Assembly (NCBI GenBank): GCA_050084515.1
Contig: CM114271.1
Span: forward strand, 35,526,001 to 35,590,000
Direction: 5' to 3'
DNA from: Blasia pusilla
Taxonomy: Eukaryota
DNA length: 64,000 bases
Part shown: piece after piece, positions 24,600-36,600 of the stretch
How positions within the stretch are numbered: position 1 is the stretch's first letter
Layout: every line of letters begins with the position of its first letter
Notes under the pieces: model-generated
What the model saw: the letters and a program-made list of their open reading frames with translations, nothing else
Told to the model about the DNA's origin: nothing
Databases searched by the model: none
Translations under genes and position numbers: made by a program

Positions 24600-27500
24600 T
24601 TATTTTGTTCGAGACTTTGAACTTCTATCACGTACTCTCCACACCATAAAAGTTGCGACCCGAAAGATGACCATGAACCAAAACAGGGTTAGCATGTCAA
24701 GGCCAATTCGACTATGATCTAAAGAACGATTTTTTTGGATCGTACTCCACACAAAGACATTTTGGGAGTCTTTCAATCGTGGACAATCACATCGAGGGCA
24801 AGCTGTTGGATTTACTCTACAAAGGACGTTTTGACCTCCATTTAAACATTCAGGTTTGTTGACATCACAAAAAAATGCGATTGAGGTAAGTGCATTGAGT
24901 GCATATTGAATAGGATTGGTCCAGAAGATCCAAAGAGCTGTAGGAAGTACTTTCGTTTTGGGCACAACTACTCCTGAGGTGGCTGTCCAAAATCCAATAA
25001 GAAGCGTTACCAATGTTCCGGCAACCTGAACCAAATATACCCACAACAAGTTATATGAGCTCAAAATCTAGAATTTTCAAGAAAATCTGAGCAATCTATA
25101 TCTAGAAGATTGAAAGAGAACAAAATTCATTGAAGAGATGGAACAATAGTGGTCCAATATCCAAGACTCATAGTAAGATGAATTATCTACATCCAATAGA
25201 AGTAAACTTTTGTCCATGGGATTTTTGTTGTCTTATCCTACACTAGGTTGGACTTATCCATTTCCATGTATAGTCAAGCAATTCTTGGGTTAAAATTTTT
25301 TTATGAACATAACCAATCATCTTTTTATTTTGATTTTTTTTTTTTGGAGAAAATCTTATAGTAATGTTTTCTCATGAAGGATTGATGTTTGTGTGTCACT
25401 AATGAAAAGAAGTTAAGTTTGAAACCATTCGTGAGATTTTATATGATTCAAAAACAAGGGAGGGGGCCCAAAGAATTATTAATATATCTATAACTACTAA
25501 CTAGAGTGCTCATACTTATCATCTCTAGTTGACTATCCAAATTCTTTTTTTCTGCAATAGGTGCCAAACGTATATATTTCGAGGGCTCCAACTTTCATGA
25601 GCTTATAAATTGAATCAATAATTCTATTAATCGTATGAATGGTTAAGGTCTATATATATTCTGTTAATCGTATGAATTTTTCAGGCCTATATGTCTTCCA
25701 CCTCCCCTACTTGGCTTTTATGAATGACTTTCCTCACACTTTGAAGCTAGATAGATCCAAGCTAAAGAGAAAGCTAACGATAGAGCTTATGATTCTATTA
25801 ATCTTATCACGTTAACATTATTTTTCATGCCGATTTTTCTTAAGAATTCATGTCTCAAGAATCAATTATAGGATAGTAGCTAGTATCATAGAATGCTTTT
25901 GTACAAACTTTCAATCAAATTGCATCATATGCATAGGACTATGAAAAGAATGTATTACTTGGTATATAAAAAATAGACACTATACTATTAGGGCCTCTCA
26001 TTTGGGAGGGATGATGGGTCTGGTGTCTTAGTATCATAGTAATCTCCCTCACAAGGGATATGGCATCTTCCTAGGCATTCCGAGAAAGAGAATGAGGGCC
26101 ACCTTCCCCTAATAATTGTTGAAAAGAACAATAATAATGATTATACACTATACTTATAGCCTATTGACGTCTTACAAGCAAAAAAGAAAACCTCGCAAAA
26201 GGAAAAATCTGAGATATCCTGTTTTTTCTAGACTTCAAAAAATTGGTCAATAAATTGTCGATATTGGAATTTCCATCGTGTAAAGGTCTATATCCACTTT
26301 CTAAGCGGACAAAAATTTGAATTAAGGAATTCTTTGTATACCTAAAGATCTAAAATCCATGAGAGTGATTTAGAAAAAAATGTTATCGATGATATATGTT
26401 GGATGACATTCTTATTAGAAAAGAAACGTTAAGTACAAGACATTTTAAGCATCAAAAGACACAATACATACGGTTAGGCCAATATGTAGTATGTCTTTTG
26501 ATGTAGAAGGTTAAAAACAAGAGATCAAGAACAAATCATCAATCCTATGTACCCGACCCTCCGAGAAAACTACTCAACATTTTGGGAAGAAGATCTAAAT
26601 CATAAACTAATTTTACTTTTGAGAGGAGATCTCCTTTCCTATTATATTGTGCACAGCAAGAGAAACCCTCACTAGTTAGAAAGGAGTTTTGAAGGAACCA
26701 TACCTGAGCAACAACACCTATTGAAGCGAGAAGCATCCCCAGAAATGTGATCGCGAGAGTCAGTTCAAAGAGAACAAACCAGTATCGAAGAAAATCCAAA
26801 CGACTATCAACAGCCATTTGAACCATGAATAAGTAGATGAAACAGTATATCAATGTAGATAATGCTACATATGGCACCTACAAACAATGAATGAATAAAG
26901 GATTAGCCATAGAGCTCGTGCATACCAAGGATGAAAGGATCAAAGAGAGTGCACATGAAGCATAATACGCAAAATGTAGTCATGCCTAGACAACGCAAGT
27001 CTCACAACTTCCAAACTAGTACTTTCAATCCCACAATTCTTATCTTTCTTCATGAAATTAAAGTGAGGAAATTAAGACGTTTTTATGAGACTAAGTTTTC
27101 ACTAAAGATTGTGCAATTCGTCATTGGTGTAATTTTTTTAAGAAATTCCTTCAATGCATATGGTTTAAGCCACTTCATAGACTTACATATGTACTCACTT
27201 TACATGAAGCCAAAAAAAAACTTGAAAAAATTCGTGCAAGAAAAATAGGAGATACTCCATGAGTGCAAAGAAAAAAAAATTGTACACATACAATTTGAAG
27301 AAATCTCACCTCTCCAATTGTCCAATTGAGATTGAAAAGAAAAGTGTTGTATTGTCTGCTAGCCTTATCTCGTGCATAGACCGTTCTTTGTAATACCACT
27401 TGAGGTATGACACTTTGTGCATTGGAGATAGCAAGCAAGAGGGAAGATAGAAAGATGCTCCCTGAACGAGTATTCATTCCTGGTAAGGTGTCGTAAGGTT

Positions 27501-30276
27501 GATTGAAGAAAATGGATCCGAGTAGTAATGCCGTTGCAATTCCGGAGAATATCCTTCCCCAACTGTAGAGCACATTTCTGTAGTAGAATAAATTCAGCTT
27601 TAAAAACAATTGTTTGGCCCTTGTTCCATAGTAGGATCCATAACCTCTATTTTCAAGTCGTGGAAAATTAGGCTGGTCTTGGAATTGTCTTAATCGTTGG
27701 AGTTCAATATGGTTGTGCAAAGCCAACTCACTTACGCGATACTCAAAGGCATAGTCTTTAATAGACTTACTATCCGCCATCCCATCTCCAATCAAATTGA
27801 TGGCATATGTAGAAACACTCATATTCGGAGGGCAAAGGGGTGATCCAGGCAATGATTCGAAGTAGTCCTGAAAAAACAAAACCACAAATATTGACTCATT
27901 AATTAGGCCACTATTCTTTGAAATCTAAATATCTAAAATTGATAAGTTTGTAAGATCTCAAATTTTTTAACAATATATTAAGAAGTACATTTTTTTTAAT
28001 AAATAATCTACCTTAAGACTTCCATAGTCAACTTAGATATTACTCTTTTCACCTTGAGGTTCTCTACTAGTGATATCTAAATCTTAAAGATAGAATAACT
28101 CTTCCATCTCATATCCCAACAAAAGGAGAAAGATCTTCATGGTTTAAATACCTATGTGGATGAATGACATTGAATATAGACACTCATCACAATTTATGGG
28201 CATATAGTTGGGGCTAAAAAAATATTCATCATCTACTTTGAGATTTCAACATGGTTAGAAAGATCTCATAGTTGAGATTTCAATGACCATGCCATAGAGC
28301 CCTTGGATATTATTTTAGACGGGAGGAAAGTGTCCCATATCCTATTTGTAATTATAAAAAGAAGTTTCCTAATTTTCTATATGTAAGTTGAAGTTGATTC
28401 AAATGTTTGACTCAAACTTTAAAACCCACGCCCTCTAAGTAAAAGTAGTTGAACAAGGGGTATTATGCTCATCTTGATGAAATGTTACATAATTAGCCTT
28501 GCAAGTCATGACAAGAGTCGCACTAAGGGAACAAAAAATATATTAACTTACCTAGAGGGTTCATGTTATTCATATCCTTGTAAGAAATGTTTTTAGATGC
28601 CTCTTTGGATATGAATTATTTATTTCCATCCTCCATTTATACTTCCATTTTCCTTAGCTCTAGGAGAAGCAAAATCTCGTCTGAACAACATATAATATTT
28701 TTTTTCATCATCAACTTTTTCTTTTGTAGTCACTCAAGTGCATCACACTAAAAATTCAAGCCAGTATGATTTTTAACATATCCAACACAAAAGGAAGGTT
28801 TGAGAGGAACCTTCACAAGTTCGGCATTTTTCCCAACAGCTCCAAAGTAGACGCTCTCTCCTCCTCGCTTAAGAATTTGGACACTTGTAAGGGTCGATAA
28901 GATTCTTTGGCTTGGCATCCCTAACGCAACTATAACGATTCTTCCGGTGCTTGCAATGTGCTGCAATAAGAACAATATTATGGATTAATCTTAACGGTGT
29001 TTAATTTCTCATCCTTTACGTGCATATAGAGCACAATAAATTCTTGAATCCCCATCCAAGAACAATTTCGTCCAATCCCTACATCGAGTTGAGTTTTCCT
29101 TGACACAACTCACTCACGAGTTGCCCACTTCAAAACTATATCATCTTGGAGGGAGGCCCACGCTTTTTCATATGTTACCCACACAAAGGAACGCAATGTA
29201 TTGTGGAATCCAAATCGGTATTATTTTGAGAATTTGGGTTGTGGGTTTCACAAAGTCTTGAAGTGTGGACATATGCATTCATCTCATGTCTACGTTATAT
29301 ATGAAAATTTGAAAGTTAACATAAATATCCGAAAAAGGATTCGGAAAGCAAAACTTACGCACCCAATAGTAGTCCGCTAATCCACCTATATGGGGTGGCA
29401 CTTGATTAAGAATAATGGATAATCGCGACGCTTAGGTACTCTTGGTTTTTTTCCTCACCATTTAGACTCTCCACAAGTTCAGGTAAACGCATGTTAACTA
29501 ATTACTATCTCCCCCATCCCTCTCAAGAGGCCACACACTACATGGTTTTAATTACCCATCAACTCTACATGATCAAATAATTTCATTTCTTGAATGGATT
29601 TTGGAAGAGTTTTATTAAAAAAAAAAAACAAAAGAATGAGAGGTGTTCGAAAATCGAAAAATAAACAAAACAAATGAGGTTGTGCTAAACTACCCCCAAG
29701 AGAAGAGATTGGCATAGCAAAACGAAGTGTAAGTGTAAGTGCAAGGTGCATAGGAGAGTGGGGTTGGTGATGGCACACCTTCAACGTCGTGATGATCTCA
29801 AGAGCGGATCTGCTGTCAAGATTTCTGGTGGGCATGTCGAGAAACATGACACTCGGGTTTCTTGCGAGCTCCGCGGCAATCGCAAGACGTTCTGCTTCGA
29901 CTGAGGTGAGGTAGCTCAGGCTCAATGACTTCACCAGCGTATGCTCGATACTCTTCAGTCCCATTATCACCAGAACCTGCGCGGCGAGCATCGTGGAGGT
30001 GTGTTGGAGCTCATCGTGGAGGTGGGGCTCCCGAGTGCATCAAATTCAAAAGAGGATTGATTCATTGACTGACTGAATGACTGACTGAATGAATGAATGA
30101 ACAAACTGATTTCTTGTGCGCAGGGACCCCAGAGGGCCATGGGACTTGCTGAGTTCGGGTTTGGAATTTCGTGTTATCTATCTAGAGCAGGGCTCAGCAT
30201 CACCTGTTCTACGGACTCTTCCCTTCAACTGCTCTTATTTCTGAAGCTCATGGCTAGCCTGCGTGGAAATTGAAAG

Positions 30277-30313
<37 letters not shown>

Positions 30314-30561
30314 TTGGAATTCACTGCGGCGTGGAAATTGAAAGACGACTAGTGATTGAGAGAATGTACTCATTAAGTAGTGCCTGTCGTAGCCTTGCGA
30401 GATTGAGAATGAGATTGAGACAGAGATTGTGAGTGAAGCTATGGAGCTTGGTGTTCTCTGTATAGAGCACGAGAGTTTGGCATCACCTATTCTACGTACT
30501 CTCACCTTCATCTGCTCTAATTTGTGAAGCTACTGGCCAGCCTGCTTTGACTGCGGCGTGG

Positions 30562-30605
<44 letters not shown>

Positions 30606-33600
30606 TGGAATTTGGTGTTATCTAGAGCATGAGAGTTTGGCATCACCTGTTCTACGTACTCTTCCCTTCTCGCGGAAGTCAAGATTTTACCCAGATGAAG
30701 AGCGGTGTTGAAAGCTACAGCTTCGCGAATAGTCATGTAGGGTGATAAAGCTTCGAGCGAATCCACATACCCCACAACACGTGCGAAAGCTTTGGGTTCT
30801 CTGGGGTAGCCATTGACCAATATCTGACCTCCCATGCGGTTCGACATGACCCGGCGTCCTGTTCAAACAGCAACCAGAATCCAGGGATCATCACAAGTGA
30901 ATGGCGGTGCGTTTCTCAGCTGCTGCCTCACAGGCTCTCTGCCTTTCTGAAAGTCAAGGAAACGTTCCAAGCGGTTCATGGCAATCTCAAATGTGAGATC
31001 TACTAATACTCTCAGATTTCTCACAACATTGTAGGAGGAGCTCCATGTTCTTGAGTTTCCTCACTCTTTCTTCGTCGCTGCATCTTCTGGTTTTGCAAAG
31101 CCTATCATTTTCGTAGTCGTGTTTGTCAATCCGAGATCTTCAGGATATCTAGCCTGGAAGCAAGTGTGATTGATGGAAGCACTCTTTCTGCCTATGAAGG
31201 AAGTATCCGATGCGAACCAATGGGTTCCTCCAATATTCATGACCAGAACGTGGAATGAGAAGTGTCTGCAGAGTCTGACCTGCTAAGCAATTCAGCAGAG
31301 TTGTCTTTCCTGACCCTGAAGCTCCAAGAATGCCGATCATCTCATCAGGTTCAGCCCAGCCCGAGATGCTGGTCAAGATCTGCAGTCTGTGTCCTATGCT
31401 CGGTAACATGATTTCGTAGCTGACTTCATGCCACGATAGAACCATCGGCAGTGCATAGTGGGACAACTTGGGGATTGCAGAAAACAAATCCTCGTTTTCT
31501 TCACTTTCTCTTCTAATGTACTTCGCCTGTGGCCACAACGACACAGATCAAGGCGCTTGAACAGATGCTCAAGCTTTCTGCATTGCAACACTTGCTTATG
31601 AAACGAAAACCCAGTAAGGTGAATCCACCACTGGATCTTTCCGATTGCAGACAGGATTCATGCTCAAAAGGAAGACATCTCTCTATTCTTTCGGGCCTAA
31701 TTCTACAACTCCACCAGCATCTCTCGACTCTCAGAAGCCCATCCCTACTTCGTTCACTACGAGTCACTGGTACTCAAGTTCACACCTCTGGAGCATGGAT
31801 CAGACCCAACATTCCAATCATCCCCACGTCGACTACCAACTCACAACCTCACAGAGCTGGCGTTCATCTCCCATTAAACCGACTGCACCTTCCAGGAAAA
31901 CTTCCTGAAGACTTCCCAAGACTATTGCCCCTCCCTCAACATCTGACTCCTCTGCCAGTTAATCCTCTCGGACATGGATGGAATTGGCACTCACACTGCA
32001 TCAAGGAAGGAACCATAGAAGTGCGATCAGAAAAGCAATCAGAGTGCCAGAGAGAGAGAGATGGTGGTCTATGAATGTACCTCTGCACTAGGAGTAATGA
32101 CTGTCTTCGGTTTATGCCTGACCCTCGTCAGAACCCCCAACGTGAGAACAGTCCACATTATGAGCCACCCTACGAGAACAGCTATGGAGATGGCGATCCA
32201 GTGGTCACCGGTGTAGAATTGTCCTTTGACCAGAAATGCTCGGCCTATAGTTTGATCAGGATTTTGTCCACGACACTGAGGAATGAGTGTCACGTTGCTA
32301 TCTTTGCAAAGCACTCTGTAGTTGGCTGAATTGAACTCGTTGATCATCAGTGCGTGTATACCCCATTGTAAGGGATCTATATAGTAAGCCCAGATCCAGT
32401 ACTTGGGAACCTCGAGCCGTGGAACCAGAAACCCCGCGAATGTGATGAAAATCGCGATCATGATTCCTGCAAGACACGACTCATCTTCAGCAGTTCGACC
32501 CTTTCCTCTCGTATGGACATCATCTTCATTGCATCCGAGCTGTCTACACCTTCCTAGACGACACTGATGTCTACAGTTCCAGTCCTTCCTGGGTGTTTAT
32601 GAAATCCCTACCTGTGAGCTACCGAGCATTCATTCCTGGCGCAGAGACGAAACCCATCAGTGCAAGCTTTTTGTTGCCCTACAAGCTACACATCTCGCTG
32701 AAGCTGGCAGGAGGATCAAGCCTGTGTCGTGATCGGATGGGGAGAGGCGATATCCTGGGCAGAGCAGAGATGGCTCTTCAAGCGACGGATTCGGCAACAG
32801 AAATTTGTGAGTGCGAGAGTTTATAGAGCTCAGGGGAGCGAATCGAAGGTTCGTCCTAATTCTTGAGAGCCAGTGAAGAGTCTTACCAACCATTCCGTTG
32901 GCGGAAATGGCATCAGGTGCGAATGCGCTCACGAAACGCACCAGGAAGGCGCCGTTGAGAACGGAGAGCAAGATGACCGAATAGAAAGTCCAGAAATGCC
33001 GGCCTCCATCACTGATCGATAAGTTCGTCGTGAAGTAGACTATGAGTGTCCATGACGTTGCCTGCATAGATTCCCAGGACCCGAAATCTGAGAACAGCTG
33101 ATGGCGATTCTCTGATGTAAATCAACAATCTGTAAGAACAGTCGCCGAAGGAAATGTGGGAAGGTTAAGAATACGCGGAACTTTCTCCTCCCGCTTACAT
33201 AGCGCAGTACTCGTGGAACAAGCTCCGAACAACGAAAGAAAGCCCTTCGAATCTGACGCTTACCTCAGCCAACGAAAAGGGCAGACTTCCCAACATCTTC
33301 GCGAAGAGGTAGGACTTCGGACGGAAATAGTGCGCGTCTTGCTGCTTGTAGTAGATGGCTCGCTCCTCCAGGAGCGCTGGCAGTTGGCCGAGATTGAAGA
33401 GCGTCATGTCGAGAAGGGAGACGAAGAAAACGCTCCGCAGGAGAGACATGTTGGAAGAATCGGCGTTCTTTTTGACGCGGAAGAATATGAATCCCGTGTA
33501 TGACGCCAGGATCAATACCTGCCAATGAGGTTCCCAAACACACACACAGACAGACAGATGACCAATGTGCTCTGTGAGAATGCAAAGATCGAAATCCCCT

Positions 33601-36600
33601 TGTTTCCCCAAGTCTGGGCAATCCAAAATGAAATGATGGCTTCTTCGATGCTGCTAAGGTAGCAACACCATCCATCCCAACTTATGCTGCAGCCTCCAGA
33701 GAAAAATAACCCCATTCATGAGCAGAGGGAGGATGGGAAAAGCCAGTAGAGGTAGAGGTAGCAGCAGCAGCAGCCCCGACCGCATGAGTTCGCCTCAAAT
33801 TTCATGGACTTCTGAAGCAAGCGATGCGTGCGAACAAGGAAGGAGCACAATGGAGCAAGAGGGGAGAGCTAGGGTTGGAGACATCGGATTCCATAGCTCC
33901 CGATGAATCGCAGTACCTGGACAGCACGAATGGTTAGCGACAGGCGATTGCGCCGCTGTGATCTCAGTTCTCGTCGAAGTAACACCTTGAACTCTTCCCA
34001 TGGCTCCTGTACAAATTCGCGAGCGTAGAATGGCTCCGCAGAGTCCGTCTGCAAGTCGTCGCGAAGAGACCACGAAGAAGTGAGAATGCGCTTCGATCCC
34101 ATGACTTTCCAGTACCGATCTTGTTTCTGAAGGAGACGATGGAGCAGCAAGTTGAAGAACATCCAGGACATCCGTGAGAGAAGATACATCTAAGATCGGT
34201 TTGCAGCCGGAGACAGCCATCTGCACTAGATTGAAGAGAAGATCGATTACGATACCTCTCCGTAAGGTCGCTCAAGCTGGAACCGGATGGACTGCTGAGG
34301 CCCGTCCAGAATGGAGCCCGCCTTGGATGGGTCCACTTTGACGTACTGCAGGATTGTTGTAGGTGTTCCCACAGCTATCACTTCATCTCCTGCCTGCACT
34401 TTTCCAGTGTGATCCATGGATGGCTCCACCAAGCTTCCACCATTCTCACTCACGGACTCTATGAGAGTTGTGAGCGAATCATCGACTCCCTGAACTCTGG
34501 TCCTTCCTGAGTGAGTTTGCATGAAGGTCACCCCCAAAGGATGCGAGCCCTGCAGAGCAAAGACACGAGGGAAAAACTCAACAACCAGTTTTCTTTCGAG
34601 CTCACTCCTGCTGTACATTGCCTTTACAGGCATCGAAACCGTGAAATCATGTACCTGCACTTTCTTCCTCGTCTCCGAATCGGTCTCTTGACTGTTCGAT
34701 AGTCTACCGCTTGCACATGTGGAAACGAAGTACCATCGATGAATCAAACCGACACACTCGACAAGGCTCTCGACAACATTTCGTTACTTGTCTTCCTCTC
34801 GTTGTCGCCAGGAGCACCTGGGGTTTCTTCGAATTGAAAAGGGGTGGGGGGACAGGAATTCACAATGCAGTCACAGTTTTGCTTCTCGATCTCGCCTTCG
34901 AGCAGCGTGCGATCTCTTACTAGAAACCAGGGATGCAGCTTTGTGCCGTGAGACAATGAAAGCTGTGGAGATAAGAGTTTTCGATCCAAATCCACCTGGG
35001 TACTTTCTCCTGTAAACGTAACGATGACAGCCCAAGCAGAAGGAACCAAAGGGACGAAATCGCATGGCAGTTACCTCCACCCACAATTCCTGGGTCAAAG
35101 ATGGGTTGTCGACGACTCTGCAGATGTCCTTGTAGGCATCGGAGTTCTGATACGCGTACACGAAGTCATCGAGGTCGAGTCTGGGATACCCAGGTCGGAG
35201 GAATTGCACCCCATGAGGAGTCGTCACTTCTTCCAGAAATTCAGGCACGCTAACGTGCATGGGCTTCACATACCTGCGAGCGAATCGACAACAAATCGAA
35301 TCATCAGACATGAGCTTTTCGTTTGAGACTCATCACCGCATCGGTCGTCCAGGAGACCGAGACCGATTGCTTCCTCTTCAGCTATGGTGTCCAAGCAGCA
35401 GCTCTCGAACTTGAAGGTGATCGCAACAAGCTACTGCGGGCTTTTCTTGGTCGGAGCCATGACCAAGCAACCGACCGAGAGGATGACATCGATGGCAGTG
35501 AAACTGACTTGAAGTGAAGCAGCAACGTTGTAGCCAAGCCTACCCGAGCCTTTCGAAGTAGGGTTGAGCATCCAGCCGAGGACCTTGGTAAACAACTTGG
35601 CCTTGATCCAGCAAAAGAATCCGGTCGAAGAGGTCGAACACTTCTTGGGAAGGTTGAATTAGAGAAGCAACGACCGTTGTTTCCCTGACTCGCGTGAAAA
35701 TTCGTATCCCAGTGACCAAATCGAAGGTCCAAGAGTCATCCACTCCACTGTTGAGCTGGTCGAACATGTACACGGGATAAGTGCCCGCCATCATCTCTGC
35801 TACAGATAATCGATGTCTCTCGGCTTCCGTGATGATCGGTCTCAACGGATGTCCGACTCTCCTATCAGCAACGCGTTTCAATCCCAATATGCTGAGATTC
35901 AATTCAAGCTTCGGGTCCTGACCAGCCTCGAGCACTTTCTCAGTGAGCTCTTTCAACACAGGGGAGAAGTGCTTCCGCTTGAGGTACTGCGTGCAGTCAC
36001 GGGCGAATTCGACAGTCTCGCGTACTGTGAGATTCGCAAGATGGACATCGACTGGTTCACCTATAGAAACAAGACGCTGGTAATTGACATCGTAAACGCT
36101 CTGGCCGTTGTAGGTCACGGTGCCTTGAAGAGCATTTCCTGGTTCTCTCGAGCGACCGGATAGAGCTTTGTGAATGACCGTTTTGCCACAGCCCTTCGGC
36201 CCTGCACAGAGACATTCCGCCAGTCAGATCTCTGGTCAGGAATCATACAAGCACTGACAGTCGACTCCTTGCAACAGCACCATTTCGCAACTTCCCATTC
36301 TGAACGGTTCTTTTCATCGACAACAGACGCTCGGAATGAGCTCAAGAATTCGACTCAACAGGCTAAGGCTTACTAATCGAGAACATCTATTGACAGCCTC
36401 GTCCGGATTCCCTACTCTGCTACTCTCCATGACGAAAGAAAGAAACTTCCAGACTCCGAGAATCGCTTTGCATTGCTTCGATTCTCTGCACAATGTAGAG
36501 AAGCTTGAGCGCTCTTGAAGCTTGACGACGAGGTACCTAAGACGACTGTCAGGGTCCCAGGCATCAAGTATCCTGTCACATCTCTCAACAGAGTGACCGA

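Noticed and set aside
31529-32074. 181-aa + strand ORF
   Set aside because: Antisense within an ABCG intron; low complexity, no domain.
34550-34747. Upstream part of ORF 34247-34747 as coding sequence
   Set aside because: A good polypyrimidine acceptor at 34550 and the seamless ELWVE|GSHPLGVTF join indicate it is intron.
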